64,000 nt of DNA from Acidobacteriota bacterium. GTDB lineage: Bacteria; Acidobacteriota; UBA6911; RPQK01; CBDAPI01. Shown here in pieces: positions 49,889 to 60,539 of the stretch. The notes beneath the pieces were generated by a model, which was not told where the DNA came from, searched no databases, and was given only the letters and a program-made list of their open reading frames with translations. The position numbers were made by a program, and so were the translations under genes. The stretch is from the NCBI GenBank assembly GCA_965205615.1, contig CBDBHK010000010.1:16088-80087 (forward strand). The letters are read 5' to 3'. Each line of letters begins with the position of its first letter. The stretch's first letter is position 1.

Positions 49889-51540
49889 CCCGGATTATGC
49901 AAGAACCGTAGTTCGGTGTTGAAAAACGACTCGAGAAGTGGCCCAACTCGGAAGCGGGCAGGTGTGACAGGCGGATTTGCGAAGAATATGGGTTGGCGAG
50001 GCGTCTGAGTGGTTTGGGGAGTGAATTTCAGACAGATCTGGGCCTGGATGAGTGTCGGAAGCGGTTTTTCGGGGGAGCTGGGAAAAGCTAACTGGAGTTC
50101 AGGCGACTCAAGACGAGGTGGAAGAGGGGTTGTTCGGGAAAGGCTGAGGAAAGATGGACCCAGATGCGTCGAGTGGTTTGTCGGATCCGGGCCCCAATCT
50201 TGAGGATCCGACGACGTAAGGTTTCGATTTCGAGCTTGTGCCAGGGGGTTCCGTGAAGATAGTCGCGCAGGCGAACGAACATCTGGTAAGCCAGTGCATG
50301 CAGGAGGAGTCGAAACTGATTGGCCAGGAATCGATGACAGCTGAGTCGGTCCATGCTCAGATGATTTGTGAAGGCCTTGATGAAGTTCTCGGTCTGCCCT
50401 CGGTTTGTGTAGTGGTCATAAAGTGATTGGGAGCAGAGATCGTCCCGGTTGGTAACTACAAAGCGACGATTGATCCCACGCTGATCGACCTCCACTTTGA
50501 CAATGACGCGACGGGATCGATCCCAGCTGTGGGCTCGATAAAGAAACTCGTCAAACTGACGCTGTTTTTCCTCCAGCTCAAGGAACCTTTCCCGAGTCGA
50601 ATCCAGCAGGGGCTCGACCACTCGCTGCAGGCGAGGGTTTCGGCTTAACCCGATGACATATTGGAGTTTATTCTCTTCACATTCACAGAACTCGTAGAGC
50701 CGAGGCGTGGCAAAGCCGCTGTCGGCCCGAATCTCAATCTCGACATCCGTCCCCACTGCTTGTCGGATGGCCTCCACGACTCGCTTCAGAATGGGCACGA
50801 TGTGAGAGGCAGCCCCCTTGTTGCCAGGTCTCAACACGGCACAGACCAGGTCTCCCGTGTCGGCATCGAAGATCAGCAAAGGATGCAAAATGTGGTTTCG
50901 GTAATACCCGTGGTAGAAGGAGAACTCCTGTTGGCCGTGAGTGTGGTCGTCGGTACTGTCCAGATCCAGGATGATCTTGCTGGGACGTCTCTTCTTCAGG
51001 GAGCGCACATAACGGCCTAGCAGCCACCGGCTCAGACGCATCAGATCCTTCTTGGTGACGGAGTTCTCCAGGCGGGAGAAAGTCGGCTGGGTGGCCAAAT
51101 CGGGATCGCTCTCTGGCAACTGATCACAGACTGTCTTGAGCATCGGATCCGAGCGCAGCGTATCGGCGTCGTTACAGTCTTCGTAGCCGGCCACGATCTG
51201 CAAGACTCGTTGTCGGATCAACTTCAACAGGTCATGACGAATGTAGCGTTGGTCTCGACTTTCCGAAATACAGGAACTGAAGCCCTCGCACAATCGATGT
51301 TGACGATCCAGCGATCCAAACAACAACCATCCTGCGTCGGAAGTGAGGCTCCCCCCATCAAAACGAGCCGTGATGTTTCTGTGGCTATGAAATGGCAGGG
51401 TATTCTGGCAGACTGTTTTTGACATTGCCGTAGCTCCTGTTTAGGGTCTTTGTTTCTCTAAACCTTTTTATATCAGAGAGCTACGGCCTTTTTTCTGGGC
51501 CCACATCTCACTCGGATTCAGATCTCTTGCATAATCCGGG
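49889..51540 (-). mobile_element. IS1380-family insertion sequence IS-A, copy 3 (ctag TSD, right TSD shared with IS-B)
   Basis: ctag at 49885-49888 and 51541-51544. TIRs as in copies 1 and 2. Confidence 0.85.
50088..51425 (-). CDS. IS1380-family DDE transposase (IS-A copy 3)
   Basis: 445 aa, 2 aa differences from copy 1. Confidence 0.85.
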   Translation of the reverse strand: MSKTVCQNTLPFHSHRNITARFDGGSLTSDAGWLLFGSLDRQHRLCEGFSSCISESRDQRYIRHDLLKLIRQRVLQIVAGYEDCNDADTLRSDPMLKTVCDQLPESDPDLATQPTFSRLENSVTKKDLMRLSRWLLGRYVRSLKKRRPSKIILDLDSTDDHTHGQQEFSFYHGYYRNHILHPLLIFDADTGDLVCAVLRPGNKGAASHIVPILKRVVEAIRQAVGTDVEIEIRADSGFATPRLYEFCECEENKLQYVIGLSRNPRLQRVVEPLLDSTRERFLELEEKQRQFDEFLYRAHSWDRSRRVIVKVEVDQRGINRRFVVTNRDDLCSQSLYDHYTNRGQTENFIKAFTNHLSMDRLSCHRFLANQFRLLLHALAYQMFVRLRDYLHGTPWHKLEIETLRRRILKIGARIRQTTRRIWVHLSSAFPEQPLFHLVLSRLNSS

Positions 51541-51544
51541 CTAG

Positions 51545-53281
51545 CCCGCATAGATCACCGATTTGGAAATGAAGGTGATTTTGGCAGGCCGGAACGGTTT
51601 TCTGAGAGTTTCGCTATCGATCCGGTCCAGGTCGAGTGATGCGGTGGTGTGGATGGTCGTGAATGGAGCGTTTTTCGGGTTCGGAAGAGCGTGACGGAAT
51701 GCATTCAGGCAGAGCTCGGCCTGAGCGATGGAACGATTTCGTTTTTGGGGGCGTTTGATCGGGACAGACCTCAGCAGCGCAGAGGAATGGCCTGGAGGTT
51801 TCGAACGACGGCAGCGAAGACCTCGCTGTAGGGATAGGCTTCCGACATGGAGATCCAGACGTGGCGGACCGTGAGGCGGACTTGGGCGCCGATCTTGAGG
51901 AGCTTCAAGCGAATCGTCTGACACTGAGCGCGAGCCAGGGGGGTCTGCTTCAGTCCGAGACGACGCAAGGCGTGCATGAGCATGTAGGCGGCGGAGGACA
52001 GATACAGCCGGAGTTGATTGGCGCGCATCGTTGCCGCGCTGGTCCGGTCGGCGAACAGACCCAACTGCTGTTCTTTTATGCGGTTCTCCATGTCGCCCCG
52101 CGCACAGTAGAAGTCTTCGTAGAGCGCGCGGGCCCCCAGGCGTTCCGGCGACAGGGAGGTGACGACGAATCGGGGATTGGCGCCTTTGTCCAGGAACTCG
52201 GCCTTGCCGACGACGCGTCGCTCCGAGGTCCAACTGTGGCGAGTCCGGTAGCGGAAATCCTTGAACACCCGCGCCGGTCGCCCGGTGGCGTTGAACTCGG
52301 CTTCGGCCTGAGTCATCGCTTCGGCGCTCTCTGACTTGAGCCGATCATTGTTGGCCAACCCCATCACGTAATCCACGTGATGGTCTTCACACCAGCGGAG
52401 CAAGTCATCCCGGCAAAAGCCCGAGTCGGCCCGGATGACGATCGAGACCTCCGGCCAGCTCTGCCGAATCCGGCCGACGATCCGTTCCAGTTCCTCCACC
52501 GATCCCGCGGCCCCATCGATATTGGAACACCGCAACCGGGCGCACAGCAGATGCTCCCCCGAGAAGATGTACAGCGGGAGATAACAGTAGTGGCGGTAGT
52601 AACCGTGAAAGAACCGGCCTTCCTGCTGGCCATGGATCGGGTCGTCGGTCGCATCCAGATCCAGCACCATCTCCTCGGGCGCCGATTCGTGGGACTCCAC
52701 GAAGGCATCCACCATCCAGCCGTCGATCCGGTCCGGGTCCATCGCGATCTTCTTGTACCGCTCCTGCTCATCGACCTCGGCGCCGGTCAACTCCAACCGG
52801 TTCAGCGTACACCTGCCCGCCAGCGCCTTCCCCCGATCTGAGGCCTGCCGCCGCCTCTCCCCCAACGGATCGGCCTTATTCACCGCCACCGCCAGCATCG
52901 GATCGGTGCGCAACTGATCATGATCGTTCAGATCCTCGTACCCCAGACAGAGTCCGTAGATGCGCTGCCCCAACAACTCCTCGACCGTGTGTTCGATCAA
53001 CCGCGGATCCCGGTGATCCCTGAAACACTCAGCCAGTCCGGCGATCAGACCCGTCCCCCTCTCGACCTCTCGCAACAGCAGCACCCCTGCATCGGAGGTG
53101 ATCTTCCCGCCGTCGAACCGCGCCTTCACTTTGCGTTGAAATAGTCCGTGAAATTCGAACCTGGCTTGTTTACACTCTGTTCTCATAAGGGCCGCCTCCG
53201 TTTGCGTGTGAAAACGTTCATTCAAAACGCTTTATACCAAACAGGGCGGCCTTTTGAGGTCCTATCGGTGATCTATGCGGG
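51545..53281 (-). mobile_element. second IS1380-family insertion sequence (IS-B), 1737 bp, ctag TSD
   Basis: 18-bp perfect TIR cccgcatagatcaccgat. ctag at 51541-51544 and 53282-53285. Inserted flush against IS-A copy 3. Confidence 0.8.
51771..53186 (-). CDS. IS1380-family DDE transposase (IS-B), ~471 aa
   Basis: Start MRTECKQARFEFHGLFQRKVKARFDGGKITSDAGVLLL (GGAGG RBS). RFVVTSL, YCARGDMENRIKEQQ motifs. Related to, but distinct from, the IS-A transposase. Confidence 0.8.
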   Translation of the reverse strand: MRTECKQARFEFHGLFQRKVKARFDGGKITSDAGVLLLREVERGTGLIAGLAECFRDHRDPRLIEHTVEELLGQRIYGLCLGYEDLNDHDQLRTDPMLAVAVNKADPLGERRRQASDRGKALAGRCTLNRLELTGAEVDEQERYKKIAMDPDRIDGWMVDAFVESHESAPEEMVLDLDATDDPIHGQQEGRFFHGYYRHYCYLPLYIFSGEHLLCARLRCSNIDGAAGSVEELERIVGRIRQSWPEVSIVIRADSGFCRDDLLRWCEDHHVDYVMGLANNDRLKSESAEAMTQAEAEFNATGRPARVFKDFRYRTRHSWTSERRVVGKAEFLDKGANPRFVVTSLSPERLGARALYEDFYCARGDMENRIKEQQLGLFADRTSAATMRANQLRLYLSSAAYMLMHALRRLGLKQTPLARAQCQTIRLKLLKIGAQVRLTVRHVWISMSEAYPYSEVFAAVVRNLQAIPLRC

Positions 53282-53700
53282 CTAGAGGGAAAACGACGGG
53301 GGATTTCCTGACTGACGGTGCAGTGATCCAGGACCCAGACACAGTGGACTCGTGGTGACCTGCCCCCTGTTTTCGCGTATTCATAATGAGAGGTCCGACG
53401 AGTTTTTGGTTCTCTGAGGTTGCGGACTAGATCGTAGACGAGCCGAGGCTCTCCCTCGGAAAGGGGAGCATGGCGCAGTAGAATCAGCATTACCAGGCAG
53501 AGTGTTCATGCGATGTCTCCCTTGCAATCCCCCCCCAAATGAAGATTCGAGCTGTCTCTCGAATTTCCCCATCACGACGCTGAACTTGTCAGCGTGGCTT
53601 TGTACCAGGTTAGTTTCTAATATGGGCAAGCGTCGCATCGAAGGCCCCGTGAACCGGGCCGCCATACCGCTTATCCGGACACATTGATAGCTCGATTTAA

Positions 53701-54114
53701 ATGCTCTTCCAGCGACTGAACAACAAACTGCCACTGATCGTAATCCTGCTGCTATCCCCAATCATTTTCGTTTTCAACATGCTCCTGATCTTAATAAAGT
53801 GTCTCGATCCGCGAGCCCGAAAGTTCGACAAAGAGGAAGCACGATTACTGCTTGCGGGTGAGCTCGAAAAAATCAGGAGCCTCGGATACACGCAACTCCG
53901 AAAAGCATTCGTTGAACAAAAAGATATCCAGGCATTTAACGTAGCCGGAGCTTCGGGGGTTGAATACCAGCTTGAAATAGAGGGACGGTGGGATGGCGAT
54001 GAAGAGGAAGATATTCGCATTCTTGGCAGTATTGATAACGGAGGCCTTCGCGCCTATGTCCCGTTAAGTGATTCGTTTATTGTGAAGCCGGACGAATCCC
54101 TTCTTGAAGAGTGA
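53701..54114 (+). CDS. hypothetical membrane-anchored protein in low-GC (~48%) island
   Basis: 137 aa, N-terminal TM LPLIVILLLSPIIFVFNMLLILI, acidic C-terminus. GC clearly below genome average. Confidence 0.4.
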   Translation: MLFQRLNNKLPLIVILLLSPIIFVFNMLLILIKCLDPRARKFDKEEARLLLAGELEKIRSLGYTQLRKAFVEQKDIQAFNVAGASGVEYQLEIEGRWDGDEEEDIRILGSIDNGGLRAYVPLSDSFIVKPDESLLEE

Positions 54115-54455
54115 TTGGGCTCAGTCGCGGAGGATCTTCATCTTCACCCCCTGCTCCAGGACGACCTCAAAGAGCTGCTCCACCCCGAACTCGACATTTT
54201 CGCCGGCGGTAGCCACTACGACTCCCGTGCCTGCACCGGCGCCAATTGCCGTTGTGCAGGGTCGGCGCTCAAAGCCTCTGGTACTCTTGGAAGGTGCTCT
54301 GGAGGTCGCCAGTCACCACGCCTTGTTGGCCCATGTTGACCCTCATTTCAGCACTTGCTACGCTCGGTTTGAAAAGCAAAGTCCTATCTTGATCACAGGC
54401 AGGATGCCTGTGCCACCATTCTGAAGAAGGAGTTGCTCATGCCTGTTCGAAGCCT

Positions 54456-54668
54456 GTGATAGGTCTGGTCATGGGAGACGCGGCCGGGATCGGTCCAGAG
54501 CTCATCATAAGTGCATTGCAGAACGAAGACGTCGCTGCCTCGGCCAGCCATTTCGTTATTGGGAGCATGGAGGTAATGCAACGAGCTGCCCGGGCCATGA
54601 AGAACAAGGCCGCCTTCGCTGGCAATGAAAATGGCCCGCCGGATGGTTTAGGAAAACGAGCAGGCTGA
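54456..54668 (+). pseudogene. PdxA-family (4-hydroxythreonine-4-phosphate dehydrogenase-like) N-terminal remnant
   Basis: 70 aa with GDAAGIGPELII...VIGS matching the PdxA N-terminus. The remaining ~260 aa of the family are absent. Confidence 0.55.
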
Positions 54669-54673
54669 AAAAC

Positions 54674-55565
54674 ATGACTTGGGGTTTTGAACGCGTCGCC
54701 GGGCCATTCGCTCTTACCGAAGGACCTGCCTGGGATGGAAACGCTGTGCTGTTTACCGACATCCCGAATAATCGCATCATGCGTTATCGTCCGAGCAGCG
54801 GCCAGTGCACGGAATATCAGACGGCAACGGATCACGCTAATGGCCTGATGTTGGACAGGGATGGAAGATTATACGCGTGCGAGGAAGGCACGCGGCGGGT
54901 CGTGCGCTATAACTCGGATGGTAGCAGGAGCGTACTCGCAGACCACTTTGAAGGTAAGCGTTTAAATAGCCCAAATGATCTGGCTTTCGACGAACAGGGA
55001 AGTCTGTGGTTCACTGATCCGCGTTACGGAGACAAAACAGATGAATCTGGAACTTGATCACCAATCTGTGTATCGGCTAGATCCAGAACCAGATGGAGAG
55101 TGGCAAATCACACGGGTAACGTATGACACATCCAAACCAAACTCGATTTTGATCTCCCCTGATCAGCAGTGGCTTTACGTCGCCCAAAGCGAATATGGTG
55201 ATGGAAACCCACGAGAATTGCGAGCTTACTCGATCAATGATGACCGGACGGTTGGAGCATACCACGTCCTGCATAATTTCTACCCGCACCGGGGTGTCGA
55301 TGGAATGTGTTTGGATACCGACGGCAACATCGTTGCAACCGCAGGCTGGCAGGTGAGTGGTCCCGGTCCCATGATTTATGTCTTTGCCCCCAACGGTCGG
55401 GTGTTGGAGACACACCCGGTCCCAACGGATCATCCGACAAACTGTACGTTTGGTGACGCAGATCTACAGACGCTCTTTGTCACCGCAGACGGCAGTCTTT
55501 ATCGAGTGCGCACAGAGAGACGGGGATATTTGACCTATCCTGCCAAGGAACCAAAGCCCGGGTAA
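54674..55565 (+). pseudogene. SMP-30/gluconolactonase/LRE-like protein disrupted by a frameshift near 55045-55057
   Basis: N-terminal half (WFTDPRYG...) in ORF 54674..55057. C-terminal half (LDHQSVYRLDPEPDG...) in the +1 frame ORF ending 55565. Confidence 0.65.
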
Positions 55566-55641
55566 CGGACTTATCTGGAAACCGGACAATCAACGGTTTT
55601 TCGCCGGGATGCCGGGGTTTGTCAGTCGAAGTCTCTGTGGG

Positions 55642-56639
55642 TTACGACCCGGGTGAATTTTCGGATGGGACGGGATCAGACTCGATAATGGGCACGCGGA
55701 ACTTGCCCAGAATGATGTCGTCGGTCCGGCTCTGCACCATGTTCAGAATTTCCAAACCTAGTTTGGCCTCCCATTCTGGCGTGAAGGGCGACAGCCGGGA
55801 ACCCCCTTTGGACATCCACGACCACTCGCGAAAGTCCTCGGCCGTGTAGACGCCACCTCGAACATTGTTGACGAGACGACGAATAATGGGAGTCATATCC
55901 CAGACCACACTCGTGACGACCCATTCCGACTGATTACCCTGGTCGATTAGATTCCCAAAGACCGGGATTTGCTTCTCGTCGCACACCTCGATTACGCCAT
56001 CCCGTTCGGCGTACATGACGTCGACACCCTGGCTTATCAAGGCCAGAGCAGCCTCCTTGGCTTTGGCCGGGTCAAACCAATCGTTGATAAACGAAACGCG
56101 GAACTCAACCTCAGGGTTGACCTCCCGGGCTCCCTCTCCAAAGGCGTTTATCATCCGGTTCACGGTGGCAACAGGATAGCCGCCGACAATGCCGACCATG
56201 TTCGAGCGTGTGAGGCGACCGGCAATCATTCCCGCGACGAAGGCCGGCTCATGGATCCGATCATCGAACACCGAGAAGTTGGGCTTTGCCGGCCCCAAGG
56301 CCGACACGAAACAGAAGGCGATGTGTGGATACTCTCGAGCGACGCGCCGAGCGATCTCCTCTGAGAAGTACGCATCACCTATGATGACGTTGTGGTCTGC
56401 CTCCGCATACCCCCTCAGTGTCTTTTCAAAGCTGGCCTGTTTCACGTCGTCCGCATAAACGTACTCGAATGCAAGCTCGTCGCTGAGGCTGTCGGTAGCT
56501 CCGTGGATCGCCCTGACAAAGTTTTCCTCCAGTGGCGTGGCGAAGACCGCCGCCATCGTAAGCTTCTGAATCTCGTGCGGTTCTTCAACGCAGCCTGCAA
56601 CCCAGAAGCACACTGCTATCAGCATGAATCCAGCGCACA
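55642..56639 (-). CDS. BMP family (PnrA/Med-like) ABC transporter substrate-binding lipoprotein
   Basis: Lipobox MCAGFMLIAVCFWVAGC. BMP-family body (GIVGGYPVATVNRMINAF..., DVMYAERDG). Confidence 0.7.
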
Positions 56640-57119
56640 TCTGTGGATAGTGTGATTTTATGATTTCCCACTTATGACACGAGACTCGACAGCTACGGGC
56701 TATCTTGTCTGTCGAGCCTTTGAATCTCTGCTTCCTTTGTCTCAAGGACCACTGTGCTGAGACCATACCTGCTCACTCCTTGACTTCCAGCGCCACGGCA
56801 AGCCGACGCGCCGAAGCGACTTATGTAGCGCCCCCGCCCCAACTCTATACGACCACCCCGCCGACCCAGACGAATTCGTCAATCTGGCCAAAAAGCCAGA
56901 GAGTTCCGAGGTGGTTGAAAAACTGCGTCTCCTGCTGCGTTCCCGACTGGACCGTTAGCCCGGGTTTCTCACCGGTAGTCGACCCTCACCTCTCGGAGTG
57001 TCGGTGGATGGAGTTTTTCGGGTGGACACCCGACGATGGGAACTTGTACACAGCTTATGTGCGGAAATCGGTGAGGTGTCGTGAACAGCAGGCGCACCGC
57101 CCGAAAAAAGGATGAAAAA

Positions 57120-57641
57120 ATGATCAAGTTGAGACCCGAGATAGAATCGTTGGCCAACTGGTGTCAACTCGGATTTGTCGCCAAGGACTTAAAGGTCATG
57201 ATGGCTCGCCTGGTCGCGGTCGGCATAGGACCCTTCAAGATCTACTCGATGGATACGCAAGACATGGAAGCCGTCAATTATCGGGGCGCACCGGCTGATT
57301 ATTCCCTTGAGGTGGCAATGGCAGAGATCGCCTCCTGGACGGTAGAGATCATTGTCCCGGTGCGGGGGGGTAAGAACATCTATACCGAATACCTAGACAA
57401 GCAACCCGAAGGCGGCCTCCATCATCTGGGAACCTACTTGACGCCCACGGAGTACGAGGCGGCTTATCGGTACCTTGAACAGCTTGGGTATGCTCAGATT
57501 CAGGGCGGTCCTATCTACGGGGGCGATCGCCACGGCCGTTTTGATTATTTCGAGGCGGACCGGGAATACGGAATTCTCCTGGAACTTCTCGATATGCCGG
57601 AAATCTACGGGCAACCCCAATACGTCTACCCCGAAGAATAA
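57120..57641 (+). CDS. VOC (glyoxalase/bleomycin-resistance/dioxygenase) family protein
   Basis: GGLHHLG motif and paired beta-alpha-beta-beta-beta modules. Start at MIKLRPEIESL. Confidence 0.5.
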   Translation: MIKLRPEIESLANWCQLGFVAKDLKVMMARLVAVGIGPFKIYSMDTQDMEAVNYRGAPADYSLEVAMAEIASWTVEIIVPVRGGKNIYTEYLDKQPEGGLHHLGTYLTPTEYEAAYRYLEQLGYAQIQGGPIYGGDRHGRFDYFEADREYGILLELLDMPEIYGQPQYVYPEE

Positions 57642-57813
57642 TCCACCATACGGGATGTATGCCTTTAGACCCGGAACTGTCACGACCGAGTTTTCGGATA
57701 GGACGCACAAGCTCCGGCTGCGCGATTGACTGGTCGCACCCCCTCGGCTAGTCTTTGCTGCAACTCGTCTTCGACTATTACCGGTTTTTCTGCACAGCGC
57801 GAATGCGCTCCTT

Positions 57814-60447
57814 GTGAAGGAGGAATCCTTTATGAATCTCCGAATTACTCTTTTCCAGATCGTCCTGAACACCCTGATTCTGCTGACTCCCTGCCTGGCC
57901 GGCACCTTCGGCCAGACCCAGCAGCTGTTTGCCCAGTACGGTATCGGAGGACCGGCTCAAACCATCTTCAGTGTCCATAACCCGGGGGAGGCAGAGATCA
58001 TTGTCAGGCTCGATTTCTTCAATCCCGACGGCTCGGTGCTAGGGGGCGGAGATGTCACCGTCCCGGCCGGGGGCAGCAGGAGCTTTGCGGTGGGCCGAGC
58101 GGACGCCCCTCTGCGCGACGGCTGGGCCCGCATGACTTCTGAGTTCCTCTTTAACGCCACCGCCTTTTTCCGCATCGCAGGCGTGGGCAACGTGGGGGTC
58201 CTTCCCAGTCAGCCGGGGACCAGGTTCAAGCTGTTCGCCTATGTTGGAAATATAGTCGACACAGGTTTTGCCCTTGCCAATCCGAGTCCTACGGAGAGTT
58301 CCACGGTAACGATGCGCGTGTTCAATCCAAACGGGGTGTTTCAGAAGGAAGTCGAGCAGACCTATGGGCCGGGAGAACAGGACGCCTTGTTTGTGACCGA
58401 AGATCTGCTCCAGCTCGAGGACAACGGTCTGATTGAGTTTACGGCAACCAGCCCGGTGATTCTCTTGAGCCTGCGGGTAGACGACGGTCTGCTCACCTCG
58501 ACGGCCGTGCTGCAGCCGGAAGGAGTGGCGCCCGGACCGGGATCGATCACGGAAGGGTTACTGGCCGATGGAGCCGTGACGGGGCCGAAGATTGCCGACG
58601 GCACGGTGGTGAGAAGCCTCAACGGCCTGACCGACGATCTGACGCTGGCGGAAGGGTCCAACATCAGCATCACGCCGGCAGGCAATACGCTGACGATCGC
58701 CTCCACGGGAGGGGAAGGCGGAGGAGACATCACGGCCGTCAATGCGGGGGACGGATTGATCGGCGGCGGGGAGACGGCCGATGTGACCCTGGCCCTAGCC
58801 CCCTCGGGAGTGACCAGCGACAAGCTGGCCGATGGTGCGGTAGCGGGCAGCAAGATCTCTGCCGGTCAGGTGGTGAGAAGCCTCAATGGCCTGACCGAGA
58901 ATCTGATGCTGGCGGAAGGGTCCAATATCAGCATCACGCCGGTGGGCAATACGCTGACGATCGCCTCGACGGCAGCGGAAGCCGAAGGAGACATCACGGC
59001 CGTCAATGCGGGGCAAGGGCTGACCGGCGGCGGCCAGACGGCCGATGTGACGCTGGCCCTGGCTCCCTCGGGAGTGACCCATGACAAGCTGGCCGATGGT
59101 GCGGTGGCAGCCAACAAGATTGCCGGCGGGCAGGTGGTGAGAAGGCTCAACGGTCTGACCGATGACCTGATCCTGGTGGAAGGGGCGAACATCAGCATCC
59201 TTCCGTTTGGCAATATGCTGACGATTGCTTCCACGGCAGGGGGTGGTGGAGACATCACAGCGGTGAATGCGGGAGACGGACTGACGGGAGGCGGGAACGC
59301 AGGAAGTGTGACGCTGGCGGTGGCCGGCGGCGGCATCAACTCCAGTCATCTGGCGGACGACTCGGTGGGACTGTCGGAACTGGCGCCGGAGGTGTCTTTC
59401 GGGAAAGTGCAGCCCGGTGATGGTGGCGTCGCTGACAGCCCCAGTCTCATTCTGGGCCACCTCTCCAATTCCATTGCTGTGGGAACCAACGGAGCCACGA
59501 TTGGAGGGGGCGGAGCATCGGGTTCACCCAACATGGCCTCAGGCACTTTTTCGACTGTCGGGGGAGGAATTTCAAATACGGCTTCCGTGAGCTTTTCGAC
59601 TATCGGGGGAGGAAATTCCAATACAGCCGAGGGAGGTATTTCGACGGTCGGTGGTGGAAGCGGCAATATGGCCAGCGGGTTAAGATCGACGGTTGGCGGA
59701 GGAACTGGCAGTACAGCCGGTGGAAACGATTCAACGGTCGCTGGCGGAGCTGGCAACACCGCCGGAGAGATTCGATCAACGGTCGGGGGAGGCAATAACA
59801 ATCACGCCAGCGGAGATTACGCTACCGTAGGGGGCGGGCAAGACAACATTGCCAGTCTGCCCTACACGACGATCCCCGGGGGGTTGAGCAACCGGGCAGC
59901 CGGAGCCTACAGCTTCGCGGCCGGACGCCGAGGGCGATCCAACTGTGTAGGCTGTTTCACCTGGGCCGACAGCCAGGACTTCAACTTTAGCACCGTCGTC
60001 CGGGATCGCTTCAACGTCCGTTCCACCGGGGGGTTCCGCATCGTGACCGGGATTGACGGCTCCGGGTCCGCTACGTCCGGGGTGCTCCTGGATGCCGGGA
60101 GCGGTTCCTGGAGCAGTTTCAGCGACCGGGAATCCAAGGACAACCTCCAGAGCGTCGATGCACAGCTCGTTTTAGAAAAGCTGAGCGAGGTTCCCATCGC
60201 GACCTGGAATTACAAGGCACAGTCTTCTGACATCCGCCACATCGGCCCCATGGCACAGGACTTCTATGCCGCTTTTGGAGTGGGGGAGCAGGAACGGTAT
60301 ATCTCCACGGTGGATGCCGACGGTGTGGCCCTGGCAGCCATTCAGGGGCTGTACGAGCTGCTCCAGGAGAAGGATCGGGAAATGGAGGAGCTGAGACGTG
60401 AACTGGCGGATGTGAGATTGGAGATTCTGGAGGCAGGGAGACGGTGA
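57814..60447 (+). CDS. secreted tail-fibre-domain protein: signal peptide, 3 x ~96-aa repeats, Hep_Hag-type repeats, C-terminal S74 intramolecular chaperone auto-processing domain
   Basis: Signal MNLRITLFQIVLNTLILLTPCLAG. STVGGG..N.ASG heptad-like repeats. C-terminus SDRESKDNLQSVDAQLVLEKLSEVPIATWNYKAQSSDIRHIGPMAQDFYAAF...LQEKDREMEELRREL (Peptidase_S74-like). Confidence 0.75.
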   Translation: MKEESFMNLRITLFQIVLNTLILLTPCLAGTFGQTQQLFAQYGIGGPAQTIFSVHNPGEAEIIVRLDFFNPDGSVLGGGDVTVPAGGSRSFAVGRADAPLRDGWARMTSEFLFNATAFFRIAGVGNVGVLPSQPGTRFKLFAYVGNIVDTGFALANPSPTESSTVTMRVFNPNGVFQKEVEQTYGPGEQDALFVTEDLLQLEDNGLIEFTATSPVILLSLRVDDGLLTSTAVLQPEGVAPGPGSITEGLLADGAVTGPKIADGTVVRSLNGLTDDLTLAEGSNISITPAGNTLTIASTGGEGGGDITAVNAGDGLIGGGETADVTLALAPSGVTSDKLADGAVAGSKISAGQVVRSLNGLTENLMLAEGSNISITPVGNTLTIASTAAEAEGDITAVNAGQGLTGGGQTADVTLALAPSGVTHDKLADGAVAANKIAGGQVVRRLNGLTDDLILVEGANISILPFGNMLTIASTAGGGGDITAVNAGDGLTGGGNAGSVTLAVAGGGINSSHLADDSVGLSELAPEVSFGKVQPGDGGVADSPSLILGHLSNSIAVGTNGATIGGGGASGSPNMASGTFSTVGGGISNTASVSFSTIGGGNSNTAEGGISTVGGGSGNMASGLRSTVGGGTGSTAGGNDSTVAGGAGNTAGEIRSTVGGGNNNHASGDYATVGGGQDNIASLPYTTIPGGLSNRAAGAYSFAAGRRGRSNCVGCFTWADSQDFNFSTVVRDRFNVRSTGGFRIVTGIDGSGSATSGVLLDAGSGSWSSFSDRESKDNLQSVDAQLVLEKLSEVPIATWNYKAQSSDIRHIGPMAQDFYAAFGVGEQERYISTVDADGVALAAIQGLYELLQEKDREMEELRRELADVRLEILEAGRR
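58545..59340 (+). repeat. three direct tandem repeats of ~288 bp inside the tail-fibre-domain gene
   Basis: Near-identical DNA units encoding ...KLADGAV..KI..G.VVRSLNGLTD.L.LAEGSNISITP.GNTLTIAST...GDITAVNAG.GLTGGG.TADVTLALAPSGVT. Confidence 0.8.
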
Positions 60448-60539
60448 TCCCGAGCCCGACGATTGCCCCCGGACCTCCCAAGGAACCATCACCCGAAGCG
60501 CTCCCCTCCAGGAGGCCTTCCAGCTCCGTGACCTTCCGC

